From Patescibacteria group bacterium (GTDB lineage Bacteria; Patescibacteriota; Microgenomatia; UBA8517), in contig DASVCV010000001.1 in the NCBI GenBank assembly GCA_036381415.1, positions 69,053 through 133,052 of the forward strand: 64,000 bases of DNA, read 5' to 3'. Shown here piece by piece: positions 8,840 to 17,562 of the stretch. Under the pieces are notes generated by a model. That model saw nothing but the letters and a program-made list of their open reading frames with translations. It did not search any database and had not been told where the DNA came from. The stretch's first letter is position 1. Each line of letters starts with the position of its first letter. The position numbers and the translations under genes are program-made.

Positions 8840-10918
8840 ATGGGAATACCATATTTATTTAATTTACTTTTTTTAATTCTTCCTTTAGTTTTTTTTACAA
8901 ATACCTCAGAAGTATTTGAATTTAATAAACTTGTAACTGTCTATCTCTTTACCATTGTTATAGTTGGACTTTGGATTATTAAAATGGTTCTTCAGAGGAA
9001 AGTAATTTTTCGTCGCACAATACTAGATATTCCTTTACTTTTGTTTTTAGGCACTCAGCTTCTTTCTACAATTCTTTCTATTGATATGAGAACTTCTATA
9101 TTTGGCTACTATTCAAGGTTTAATGGCGGACTTGCTTCATTACTTTGCTATGCCCTACTTTATTGGGCATATGTATCAAATGTAAGTGAGAAAGAAAATA
9201 GAAAAAATATAATTGTTTTATTAATTTCTGGGGTAATTGTAGCTATCTATGGCACTCTGGAGCACTTTGGACATTCTGTCAGCTGTGTTTTTGTTACAGC
9301 AAAATTTGATGATGACTGCTGGGTGCAGGATGTTAAATTTAGGGTCTTTGCAACTTTGGGGCAGCCTAACTGGCTTGCTGCATTTTTGACATCTATTATT
9401 CCTCTTACCTGGGTGTTGACTATTAGTAATGTAGGCAAAAATGTTAGACAAACTTTGGTAAACAAGAAATTTTGGATGTGGAGTGTAGTTTCATTTCTAT
9501 TTTTTTCTACACTTATTTTTACAAGATCAAGATCAGGACTTGCTGCAATTGGACTAGGAGCTATTGTTTTTTGGGGAGGGACCTTACTTTTTAATTTTAC
9601 TCAAAAAGGAAAATTAAATTTAAAAAAATTAAGTACTTCAGGGATAGTATTTGTAGTTATTAATTTACTGCTTATATTGGCAATAGCTATATTTGGAACT
9701 CCTTGGACTCCTTCAATATCAGAATTTATTAATAAACAAAAGGTTAAAGTAGAAGCTTCTTCAACTACTGGTACAACAGCCCTTGAGACTGGAGGAACTG
9801 AATCTGGTGAAATTAGAAAAATTGTTTGGAAAGGAACACTTGATATCTGGAAGGCATATCCAATTACAGGAAGCGGAGTTGAGACCTTTGCCTATTCCTA
9901 TTATCAGTTTAGGCCTGTAGAACATAATTTGGTTTCTGAGTGGGATTTCCTATATAACAAAGCACACAATGAGTTTCTAAATTATTTATCAACTACAGGA
10001 ACACTTGGGTTTTTGGGATATATGGGTTTAATAATTGCTTCTTTGTACCAAATTGGCAAAAACAAAAACATTGCACTTTTGGCAGGTTATATCACTATAT
10101 TAGTAACTAACTTTTTTGGATTTTCAGTTGTGCTTATTTCTTTTCTGTCATTTATTTTCCCTGCAATTGCTTTAGTTAATGCAAATTTAGATAAATGGAG
10201 TGAGAAAGAAACTGAACTTAAATTTGATACTGATTCTAAAAAGATTTGGGTAGGAATAGCTGGTTTTGGAATGTTATTTTTACTGGTTTTGGTAGGAAGA
10301 TACTGGCAGGCTGACTACTTCTATTCTCTAGGAAAAAGAGAATATCAGGCAGCAAAATATACAAATGCTGCAAGAGATATTAGAAGTGCAATAAACCTCT
10401 CACCCACTGAGGCAGTCTTTCATCAAGAGTTATCCACACAGTATGCCAACTATGCTTTAGGCTTACTTGAACAAAAGGATGCAACTTCTGCTGCAACTTT
10501 GGCTGAGGCTGCAATTAACCAAGGACAAGATGCTTTGGAGATGTCGCCCCGCAATGTGGTTATTAGAAGAGCATATATTTCTACACTTATTAATCTTTCT
10601 ATATTTGACCAGTCAATGCTAACAAGTGCAAGAGATCTTTTAAAAGACACAATGGCACTTGCACCAACTGATCCAAGACTACCCTTTACTTTGGGCAAGG
10701 TCTATTACAGGATGGGCCAGGATGGTGAGGCAATAACAGCACTTGAGAAAGCAGTGGAGTTAAAGCCCAACTATGAGGATGCAAGAATTGCTTTAGAAGG
10801 ACTTTATAAAAAGGATGGAAAATTAGACAAAGCCAGAGAGCAATTGGAATATGTCCTAAAATACATTGCCCCTGATGATGCTTCTTTAAAAGAAGAGCTA
10901 AACAGCCTTGGAAAATGA
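8840..10918 (+). CDS. polytopic membrane protein, O-antigen ligase/Wzy-like with C-terminal TPR repeats
   Basis: More than ten predicted TM helices. The central region resembles an O-antigen ligase. The C-terminal ~200 aa is TPR-like (AITALEKAVELKPNYEDARIALEGLY). Confidence 0.5.
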   Translation: MGIPYLFNLLFLILPLVFFTNTSEVFEFNKLVTVYLFTIVIVGLWIIKMVLQRKVIFRRTILDIPLLLFLGTQLLSTILSIDMRTSIFGYYSRFNGGLASLLCYALLYWAYVSNVSEKENRKNIIVLLISGVIVAIYGTLEHFGHSVSCVFVTAKFDDDCWVQDVKFRVFATLGQPNWLAAFLTSIIPLTWVLTISNVGKNVRQTLVNKKFWMWSVVSFLFFSTLIFTRSRSGLAAIGLGAIVFWGGTLLFNFTQKGKLNLKKLSTSGIVFVVINLLLILAIAIFGTPWTPSISEFINKQKVKVEASSTTGTTALETGGTESGEIRKIVWKGTLDIWKAYPITGSGVETFAYSYYQFRPVEHNLVSEWDFLYNKAHNEFLNYLSTTGTLGFLGYMGLIIASLYQIGKNKNIALLAGYITILVTNFFGFSVVLISFLSFIFPAIALVNANLDKWSEKETELKFDTDSKKIWVGIAGFGMLFLLVLVGRYWQADYFYSLGKREYQAAKYTNAARDIRSAINLSPTEAVFHQELSTQYANYALGLLEQKDATSAATLAEAAINQGQDALEMSPRNVVIRRAYISTLINLSIFDQSMLTSARDLLKDTMALAPTDPRLPFTLGKVYYRMGQDGEAITALEKAVELKPNYEDARIALEGLYKKDGKLDKAREQLEYVLKYIAPDDASLKEELNSLGK

Positions 10919-10930
10919 TATAATTGAGGC

Positions 10931-11485
10931 ATGATACGTAAAATTGTTGATGTAAAAAACCCTGTTTTGAGGGAAAAATCAAAAGAAGTTAAAAAAATAG
11001 ACAAAAAAATTAAAGAGTTGGTTGGTGATATGATGGAGACTTTGGAGGTACAGGAGGACCCAGAAGGAGTTGGACTAGCTGCACCCCAAGTAGGACGTGA
11101 TTTAAGAATTTTTGTCATGGATTACAGCGGCAAAAAAAGAGTGGTTATAAATCCTTGCGTACTGGAAGTAAGTGAAGGGTTAAAGGCAAAGCCAAAAACT
11201 AAGGCTAAAAATGGAAAGAAAAAGAAAGACAGAAACATACTTGAAGGGTGTTTGTCTCTTCCTAATTACTATGGCCCTATCAAAAGACCTCAGAGAATTA
11301 AAATAAGCTATATGGATTTAAATGGTAAAAAACAGGTAGAAGAATTTAATGGGTTTTTTGCACAGATAGTCCAGCATGAGATGGACCATCTTAATGGAGT
11401 TTTATTTATAGATAGAATACTAGAACAGAAGTCCCCTTTGTACAAATTTGAGGGTGATGAGTGGGAGGAAGTAGAACTCATATAA
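10931..11485 (+). CDS. def: peptide deformylase
   Basis: PDF motifs GVGLAAPQVG, EGCLS and HEMDHL. Confidence 0.85.
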   Translation: MIRKIVDVKNPVLREKSKEVKKIDKKIKELVGDMMETLEVQEDPEGVGLAAPQVGRDLRIFVMDYSGKKRVVINPCVLEVSEGLKAKPKTKAKNGKKKKDRNILEGCLSLPNYYGPIKRPQRIKISYMDLNGKKQVEEFNGFFAQIVQHEMDHLNGVLFIDRILEQKSPLYKFEGDEWEEVELI

Positions 11486-11536
11486 TTATAAGCAAAGCTT
11501 GGCAAAATATATTTATAATATGAAGAAAGGAATTTT

Positions 11537-12391
11537 GTGAAAATAATCTTTTTTGGAACACCTGAATTTGTAATCCCAGTTGCAGAAGCACTCCGTAAGG
11601 AGTTTGATCATGGGGTGGAAAAAAACCTAGTTGCAGTTGTTACACAGCCTGCAAAACCAGCAGGAAGAGAACAAACAATGAAATATTCCCCTGTTGATAA
11701 CTGGGCTTATAAACATAGAATTCCTATTGTTAGGGATTTAAAAAATGATGAATTGCCTGAAGCTGATTTGGGAGTGGTAGCTGCATATGGAGAGATTATT
11801 CCACAAAATGTGATTGATCATTTTAAATATGGAATTATTAATATTCACCCTTCCCTTCTTCCCCTTTTTAGAGGAGCTTCTCCGATCCAGTCTGCTATAG
11901 CAAGCGGAGAAACTCAAACTGGAGTAAGTGTTATAAAAATGGATGAACAAATGGACCATGGTCCAATTATTTCTTATTTTAAGGAAGATATATTGTCTGA
12001 GGATACCAACGAGACTTTGACTAAAAGATTGTTTGAAAGAGCAAGCGATTTTGTAGTAAATCTAATCCCAAACTATGTAAGCGGAAAAATAAAACTTAAG
12101 GAGCAAGACCATTCCAAGGCAACCTTCACAAAGGTTTTAAAAAGAGAAGATGGATTTATTGATTTAGAAAAAGGGACTGCCCAGGAGGCTGAAAGAAAAA
12201 TAAGGGCAATGCAGCCATGGCCTGGAGCCTGGACAAAGCTGGAGAATGGGAAACGATTAAAGCTCCTAAAAGCACATGTAGAAAATGAAAAATTGATACT
12301 AGATGAAGTACAGCTTGAGGGGAAAACCCCAGTAACAGGAGAAGAATTTAGGCGTGGATACCCAGACTTGAAGCTTGGCTTGAACGGGTAA
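11537..12391 (+). CDS. fmt: methionyl-tRNA formyltransferase
   Basis: Formyltransferase N-domain (IIFFGTPEF, INIHPSLLPLFRGASPIQ) and a C-terminal Fmt domain. It lies downstream of def. Confidence 0.85.
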   Translation: MKIIFFGTPEFVIPVAEALRKEFDHGVEKNLVAVVTQPAKPAGREQTMKYSPVDNWAYKHRIPIVRDLKNDELPEADLGVVAAYGEIIPQNVIDHFKYGIINIHPSLLPLFRGASPIQSAIASGETQTGVSVIKMDEQMDHGPIISYFKEDILSEDTNETLTKRLFERASDFVVNLIPNYVSGKIKLKEQDHSKATFTKVLKREDGFIDLEKGTAQEAERKIRAMQPWPGAWTKLENGKRLKLLKAHVENEKLILDEVQLEGKTPVTGEEFRRGYPDLKLGLNG

Positions 12392-12608
12392 GTCCTTTTC
12401 CTTTAAACTTTTTAATACACTTTGCACAGAGCTTCATTTTTGTCCATGTTCCATCTACCAAGACAGTTGCACTTTGCAGGTTTGGTTTAAAGGTTCTTAG
12501 GGTCATTGGAGCTCTTTTCTTCCAACGTTTACCAGCCACACCTCTATGATGAACTTGAGTGCGGCCTGCTACTATTTTCTTTCCACAGCTTTCGCAAATG
12601 TATGCCAT
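12348..12608 (-). CDS. rpmB: 50S ribosomal protein L28
   Basis: L28-like core (CESCGKK..HHRGVAGKRWKKRAPMTLRTFKPNLQ...KMKLCAKC). I used the internal ATG at 12606..12608 (MAYICE) because the 107-aa ORF-track start would give an atypically long L28. It overlaps fmt convergently by ~40 nt. Confidence 0.55.
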   Translation of the reverse strand: MAYICESCGKKIVAGRTQVHHRGVAGKRWKKRAPMTLRTFKPNLQSATVLVDGTWTKMKLCAKCIKKFKGKGLTRSSQASSLGIHA

Positions 12609-12643
12609 GTCTGGTATTATATAGAAAATACGCTTTTTTTTCA

Positions 12644-13306
12644 ATGTTAAGTTCAATATTTGCCGATCCAACTCGTATTATAATTACAATTGTTTCTTTA
12701 ATTGCAGCAGTGACTGTACATGAATTTGCGCATGCATTTATGGCTAACTATTTGGGTGATCCTACTCCCAGACTCCAAGGTAGGCTTACTCTTAATCCTT
12801 TAGCACACCTTGATCCTTTAGGAAGCCTAGTATTTATAATCACATCCTTTTTCCAGTTTCCTTTTGGTTGGGGAAAACCAGTCCAATTTGATCCATTTAA
12901 TCTGCAAAACCCCAAAAGAGACGCAGCTTTAATCTCAGTTGCAGGGCCTATTTCTAACATTATTTTTGCTAGCACTCTTTCTTTAATACTACGATTTACT
13001 TTCGACCCCTTTTCTCCTTATTCACAAGTTTTTGTTCTAATACGTGCCCTAATCGAACTAAATGTTGTACTTGCTGTATTTAATCTAGTTCCAATTCATC
13101 CACTAGATGGTGGCAAAATTTTAGTAGGACTTCTTCCTACTGGCGAGGCCAGAGCTGTTGATAGATTCTTAAGCCAATATGGCCTTTTTGTACTTTTAAT
13201 TTTAATCTTTCCTCTTTTTGGAGGAGTTCCACTAATTTCAATTATTATCTCTCCAGTTGTTCAATTTCTTCTTAGTGTTTTTATTCCTGGAGCTAGGTTT
13301 ATTTAG
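12644..13306 (+). CDS. site-2 protease family zinc metalloprotease (peptidase M50)
   Basis: HEFAHAF (HExxH) inside a TM helix and a downstream LDGG motif. The start is set at MLSSIF (12644) to avoid overlap with rpmB. Confidence 0.6.
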   Translation: MLSSIFADPTRIIITIVSLIAAVTVHEFAHAFMANYLGDPTPRLQGRLTLNPLAHLDPLGSLVFIITSFFQFPFGWGKPVQFDPFNLQNPKRDAALISVAGPISNIIFASTLSLILRFTFDPFSPYSQVFVLIRALIELNVVLAVFNLVPIHPLDGGKILVGLLPTGEARAVDRFLSQYGLFVLLILIFPLFGGVPLISIIISPVVQFLLSVFIPGARFI

Positions 13307-13342
13307 CTACATTCCCAGCTTTTTAGGACTTGTCTTAATTGA

Positions 13343-13348
13343 TATAAT
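13343..13348 (+). promoter_or_regulatory. extended -10 element (TGaTATAAT) driving the candidate ncRNA
   Basis: aattgaTATAATa; the same 13-mer recurs at 14488..14500 in front of tRNA-Tyr. Confidence 0.45.
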
Positions 13349-13354
13349 AAGTAT

Positions 13355-13549
13355 GACCCTGCAAGTGGGTTTAAGGTTAAGGAATTTTTTCCTTACTACG
13401 AGTTTTATAGGGTGCCGATCTTAATTGAAAGGCCGTCTAGGGGCGAATCTCCATCTACCCGTGGGTTTTTGGATGAGCCCACCCACCTAGTTCATAGGTT
13501 AGGGGAAAACTTGTACCTTGGCCTTATTACCCTATGCAGGGTCTTTTTT
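13355..13549 (+). ncRNA. candidate structured small RNA (~195 nt), identity unknown
   Basis: It begins ~7 nt after the extended -10. The 5' GACCCTGCA (13355..13363) pairs perfectly with the 3' TGCAGGGTC (13535..13543), which is immediately followed by TTTTTT. Internal hairpins include AAGGAAttttTTCCTT and CTAGG..CCTAG. No credible ORF is present. Confidence 0.45.
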
Positions 13550-13565
13550 GGTATAATTTGGGCAT

Positions 13566-13637
13566 GCCGATGTAGCTCAAAAGTAGAGCGAGCGATTTGT
13601 AATCGCTAGGTTGAGATTGCAAAATTCTCCATCGGCT
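13566..13637 (+). tRNA. tRNA-Thr(TGT)-like with atypical D/T loops
   Basis: Hand-folded cloverleaf: acceptor GCCGATG/CATCGGC, D-stem GCTC/GAGC, anticodon stem AGCGA/TCGCT with loop TTTGTAA (anticodon TGT), and discriminator T. Deviations from canon: U19 instead of G19, G55 instead of U55, and a U-U at 53-61. Its own TATAAT lies at 13552..13557. Confidence 0.45.
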
Positions 13638-13679
13638 CAGATATTGACTTCGGATGTAATTCGGACTAATCTGAGATTA

Positions 13680-14477
13680 ATGTCCTTTGGTTTTTATTCG
13701 TCTCCTGAGTATCGAAAATCGCAATCAGATATTGCAAAGAGTAATTGGGAAAATGGGACATATTCTTTTCGCATTAAACCTCTAGAAACTCGGATTTGTA
13801 AAAACCCAGATTGCAATAAAACTTTTAGAGTAAAGCCATATGACCTCAAAATATATTGCTCACACCACTGTTCTGCTCATATTGGAAATATGGGTAGAAA
13901 ACTGTCTCTATTAACAAGACATAAAATGTCTATGTCAGCATCTCTACCCCGCTCTTTACATAAACGAAGAATTCTTCCCCGTATAAGCCTGGTATGCGTT
14001 GGATGTGGGAAAAAATTTGAGGTTGTTCCATATTTAGCTAAAAAAAGAAAATATTGCAGTTCTATGTGTGCAATTAAAACCATTGGGTCAAGAACTACTT
14101 CACCTAAGGCATCAAAAGGCAAACCAGGAATTAGAAAAGATATTGATCCAAACATTTGTTTTTATAGTACTTGGGAGGCAAATATTGCAAGAGTGTTTAA
14201 CTTGGTAGGGTTAAGGTGGGTTTATGCTCCTAAGATATTTGACCTAGGCCAACATACTTATAGACCAGATTTTTACCTTCCTGATTTTGATATGTACATA
14301 GAAGTAAAAAACTTTTTGGGTACTTATTCCCTAGAAAGGCATATTCTTTTTAAGAGAAAATATCCAAAGATAAAGCTCAAATTACTTCTAAAAAGTGATT
14401 ATCTTAAAATACAAGAAAATTACAGAGATTTAATTGATAATTGGGAAGGACCAAATGCTCCCTATCCAAAGGTGTAA
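13680..14477 (+). CDS. PD-(D/E)xK nuclease-fold protein with two N-terminal CxxC..CxHxC zinc ribbons
   Basis: Two zinc-ribbon-like modules (CKNPDCNK..CSHHC and CVGCGKK..CSSMC) and a C-terminal YRPDFYLPDFDMYIEVK motif (PD..D..ExK). The ORF-track start (TTG at 13611) would overlap the tRNA, so I used the first ATG after it. Confidence 0.4.
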   Translation: MSFGFYSSPEYRKSQSDIAKSNWENGTYSFRIKPLETRICKNPDCNKTFRVKPYDLKIYCSHHCSAHIGNMGRKLSLLTRHKMSMSASLPRSLHKRRILPRISLVCVGCGKKFEVVPYLAKKRKYCSSMCAIKTIGSRTTSPKASKGKPGIRKDIDPNICFYSTWEANIARVFNLVGLRWVYAPKIFDLGQHTYRPDFYLPDFDMYIEVKNFLGTYSLERHILFKRKYPKIKLKLLLKSDYLKIQENYRDLIDNWEGPNAPYPKV

Positions 14478-14494
14478 ACCAAGGCTTGAATTGA

Positions 14495-14500
14495 TATAAT
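14495..14500 (+). promoter_or_regulatory. extended -10 (TGaTATAAT) upstream of the tRNA-Tyr/tRNA-Thr unit
   Basis: gaattgaTATAATac lies 16 nt before tRNA-Tyr; the same sequence occurs at 13335..13348. Confidence 0.45.
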
Positions 14501-14516
14501 ACATTGTAATTAGTAG

Positions 14517-14599
14517 GCTGGGATGGCGGAGTGGACAATCGCTCGGGACTGTAAATCCCGCGTCGCAAGACTACCTAGGTTCGAATCCTAGTCCCAGCA
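14517..14599 (+). tRNA. tRNA-Tyr(GTA)
   Basis: Acceptor GCTGGGA/TCCCAGC, anticodon stem CGGGA/TCCCG with loop CTGTAAA, a long variable arm (GTC-GCAA-GAC hairpin) as expected for bacterial Tyr, and T-arm CTAGG-TTCGAAT-CCTAG. Confidence 0.85.
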
Positions 14600-14607
14600 C
14601 ACAATTA

Positions 14608-14681
14608 GCCCGATTAGTTCAACGGCAGAACGGAGTCTTGGTAAGACTCAGACGAGAGTTCAATTCTCTCATTGGGCTCCA
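14608..14681 (+). tRNA. tRNA-Thr(GGT)
   Basis: Acceptor GCCCGAT/ATTGGGC, anticodon stem GAGTC/GACTC with loop TTGGTAA, T-arm GAGAG-TTCAATT-CTCTC, and an encoded CCA. Confidence 0.85.
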
Positions 14682-14744
14682 GAGCAAGCTTAGCTTGGCT
14701 GCTTCACAGTAGAATCTAGCCTCATCTTCTGATACAATATAGCC

Positions 14745-14918
14745 ATGGCAAAAAAAGGAGCTAGAGAAATAGTTGCACTTGTATGTTCTGTGTGTAAATC
14801 TCAGAACTATGTAACTACCCGCAACAAAGTAAATATGGAGGAAAAGCTAGTATTAGAAAAATACTGCAAGAAATGCAAGAAGTACACTTCACACAAAGAA
14901 ACTGCTAAGCTTAAGTAG
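14745..14918 (+). CDS. rpmG: 50S ribosomal protein L33
   Basis: The 57-aa product MAKKGAREIVALVCSVCKSQNYVTTRNK..EKYCKKCKKYTSHKE has the L33 CxxC..CxxC zinc ribbon. It is below the 60-aa threshold of the ORF track. TACAAT lies upstream at ~14733. Confidence 0.8.
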   Translation: MAKKGAREIVALVCSVCKSQNYVTTRNKVNMEEKLVLEKYCKKCKKYTSHKETAKLK

Positions 14919-16225
14919 TGGAATCTACTTTAATTCTTTTTACTGCAGCTCCAACAGGTTTAGGACACATTAGAGTAATGGATGCTCTAAAAGATGGATT
15001 ATATCCTGGAGCTAAATATGAGACAGTAGGATTAGGAAATGTTAATGCTGGCAAAATCCATTCTTTAGGAAGCAGAATCCCCTTTTTAACAAAGCTTACT
15101 GAGTTTTACCAAACCAACCCTTTAGCTGAAAGATTTGTTTCTAAGTTTTACCTAGATTATTTAAAAAGACAAAAAGGAGAAACACTTAGCTATTTAAGTG
15201 ATGTAGCTAAAAAACATCCTGACAGTAAATTTTGGGTTGTAATATCTACCCACTATGCTTTGGCTTTTTCCATTCTTTCTGTAAAGAAAGAAGTAAAAGA
15301 AAAATTTGGAGTGGATATAATGCTTTGTGTTGTTGTTACTGATGATTCACCTCAAAGAGTCTGGGCAGTAAAGGGAGCTGATATTATCTTTGCACCAAGT
15401 ACTAAGACCAGAGATGGACTTGTTAAATTAGGAGTTGATCCGGCAGTAGTAAAAGTCATTTCATTTCCAGTTTCACCCAGGCTTGCTCAACACCTATCTA
15501 ATGATGAACTCCAAGGAGTAATTGAGCAGCTTGATCCGGAAGGATCTTACCCTATGCAAATAGAAATTCCAGTATCAGGAGCTGCAGTACAGCTTCCCTA
15601 TTTAGAAACAATAATTAAAACACTTGCTCCTGAAGCATTTCAGTTTACTGTAATTGGACTTTCATCTTCATACACAGTTGGTTTTTTTGAAAGAATAACA
15701 AAACTTCCTCATGTGCAAACAAGCATTGGAACAACAAGCAAACAGACGGTTGAATTGTATGAGTCTCTTTTTTACCAGCCAATTAGACCAGCGGTAGAAA
15801 TCACAAAACCATCTGAACAGACCTTTAAGGCAATTTTAAAGCCCAGAGAAAGAGGTGGAGTTATCTTACTTTTAACTGCTCCTGTTGGAAGGCAGGAATA
15901 TGACAATCTTAACTTCTTACAAAGACATAGATTAATGCCGAATAAAGAAGAACAGAAAATATTAGAGGAAGTTACAAATGGCAGAAAACTAACTGATGAA
16001 GAGGGAGCAAAACTTCATTATATGGCATCTCACTGGAGGGCAATACAGTTACCAAATGATCCTTTAAAAGCAGCTAGTTTTATAAAAGGATTAAGAAAAC
16101 AAAGAATACTTGCTTCCATGCTTTCATATGTATCAGAGACTTCTGATGAACTTACTTCAGATGGAGTAAAAATGATTTGGGATGAAATAAATAGAAGAAT
16201 AGCCAGCTTTAATAAAAATATCTAA
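14918..16225 (+). CDS. putative glycosyltransferase (MurG/MGDG-synthase-like GT-B fold)
   Basis: N-terminal TAAPTGLGH resembles the G-rich loop of GT28/MGDG synthases. It has a GTG start that overlaps the rpmG stop. The family assignment is tentative. Confidence 0.4.
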   Translation: MESTLILFTAAPTGLGHIRVMDALKDGLYPGAKYETVGLGNVNAGKIHSLGSRIPFLTKLTEFYQTNPLAERFVSKFYLDYLKRQKGETLSYLSDVAKKHPDSKFWVVISTHYALAFSILSVKKEVKEKFGVDIMLCVVVTDDSPQRVWAVKGADIIFAPSTKTRDGLVKLGVDPAVVKVISFPVSPRLAQHLSNDELQGVIEQLDPEGSYPMQIEIPVSGAAVQLPYLETIIKTLAPEAFQFTVIGLSSSYTVGFFERITKLPHVQTSIGTTSKQTVELYESLFYQPIRPAVEITKPSEQTFKAILKPRERGGVILLLTAPVGRQEYDNLNFLQRHRLMPNKEEQKILEEVTNGRKLTDEEGAKLHYMASHWRAIQLPNDPLKAASFIKGLRKQRILASMLSYVSETSDELTSDGVKMIWDEINRRIASFNKNI

Positions 16226-16230
16226 ATAAG

Positions 16231-16608
16231 CTATTTTTTGCCGTTTTCTGCTGGCAATTTGATACCTGAATTTTCTTTGTAATCTTCCAAGTTGTAATAA
16301 ACCCTTTTACCTGGTTTTGAGGCAAGGTCAAATACCCAAGCTTTATTAATTTGACTTACTGTATGGTGGTCGGTGCGTAGAAATTTCCCCTTTTTATGGT
16401 TGTAATAAATTAAGGGGCCTTCTAATACAACTACTGTATCTGTACTAGCCCTGGTAAAGAAACCTCTTGCACGGAGGGCATCTAGGGCATTTATGGCATC
16501 AAGATCACAAAGTGTGCCTTCTCCAGCCTGTTCAAGGCTCCCTAGAACCTCTTCCATGGAGGCTTTTATCTCTTCTTTGGCATGTTCTAATATGTCAGGT
16601 CTAACCAT
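16231..16608 (-). CDS. hypothetical protein
   Basis: 125-aa ORF with no recognisable motif; it fills the gap between the GT gene and tRNA-Trp. Confidence 0.35.
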   Translation of the reverse strand: MVRPDILEHAKEEIKASMEEVLGSLEQAGEGTLCDLDAINALDALRARGFFTRASTDTVVVLEGPLIYYNHKKGKFLRTDHHTVSQINKAWVFDLASKPGKRVYYNLEDYKENSGIKLPAENGKK

Positions 16609-16671
16609 TCGTGTATTATATCAAACTAGAACAACTTGAGGAGCAAAACACATGTTATAATAGCTAGGCAA

Positions 16672-16742
16672 AGGGGTGTCGTTCAGAGGCAGGACAGCGG
16701 TCTCCAAAACCGCTAACGAAGGTTCGATTCCTTCCACCCCTG
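16672..16742 (+). tRNA. tRNA-Trp(CCA)
   Basis: Acceptor AGGGGTG/CACCCCT, anticodon stem GCGGT/ACCGC with loop CTCCAAA, and T-arm GAAGG-TTCGATT-CCTTC. TATAAT lies at ~16656. Confidence 0.85.
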
Positions 16743-16746
16743 CAGA

Positions 16747-17469
16747 TTAACTGTTAAACTTTCCCCATCCTCCATATATGTTTTGAGAAAGGCTGTTGTT
16801 GTTGAATATTCCCCAAATCTGCATTATTCCCCCCATGAAGCTGCCTGCAAAAACTCTCAAGATTCCTACTTTTTTGTATCTTCTGTCACAAGGAACAAAT
16901 TTGTAATTTAAGATATCAAATTTATAATCTTTCTCCACTGCTCTATCTATTAAATCTATATCTTCTGCAATTTTTAAATTCTCATCAAATTCACCTAATT
17001 TTTTGAAGACACTCTTTTTAACCCAAAGACATTGGGCTTCTCCATCAGGCCCTTTTGTCTTTCTTCTTAAATATTTACTGCTGTTCCAAACTCCATAGAT
17101 CATTTTCATTTTGAAAGAAAGTGGATAAGTGTCAAAATAACAGCAGGCAATATCAAGCTTCTGGGTGATAAAGCTTTGGTAGCAGTTTCCTAAAAAATTA
17201 ATATCAAAACTAATGTCTGCATCCAGGAAAAGAAGAATATTTCCTTTGGCAAACTTTACTGCATTGTTTCTGCCAAAAGTTTGATGGCCCCCTTCAACAA
17301 CTCTTGCCCCTGACTTTTTTGCAATTTGCCTTGTTTTATCTTTGGACTTGGCATCTGCAACTATAACTTCAAAATTCTGCCAGGTCTGGTTTTTAAGACA
17401 CTCAAGAAGGATTGATATATATTTTTCTTCGTTGAGGGTAGGAATTATAACTGAGATTAGGCTGCTCAT
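16747..17469 (-). CDS. family 2 glycosyltransferase
   Basis: ISVIIPTLNEEKYI N-terminus and a DAD motif (LFLDADISF), consistent with the GT-A fold. Confidence 0.7.
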   Translation of the reverse strand: MSSLISVIIPTLNEEKYISILLECLKNQTWQNFEVIVADAKSKDKTRQIAKKSGARVVEGGHQTFGRNNAVKFAKGNILLFLDADISFDINFLGNCYQSFITQKLDIACCYFDTYPLSFKMKMIYGVWNSSKYLRRKTKGPDGEAQCLWVKKSVFKKLGEFDENLKIAEDIDLIDRAVEKDYKFDILNYKFVPCDRRYKKVGILRVFAGSFMGGIMQIWGIFNNNSLSQNIYGGWGKFNS

Positions 17470-17562
17470 GAGTTCTATTGTAGGTTAAACTTTCTTATTT
17501 TGAAAGAGAGGCAGATAACTATACTATTTGACAGTATTTTAAATTACACACATAATAAGGTT

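Noticed and set aside
13412-13609. 65-aa ORF on the plus strand (MPILIERPSRGESP...)
   Set aside because: It lies entirely within the candidate ncRNA and the tRNA-like gene, has no SD, and has Arg/Cys-rich composition typical of spurious frames through structured RNA.
13611-13679. TTG start for the nuclease-fold gene given by the ORF track
   Set aside because: It would begin inside the T-arm of the tRNA-like gene. The first ATG at 13680 after the tRNA is more plausible.
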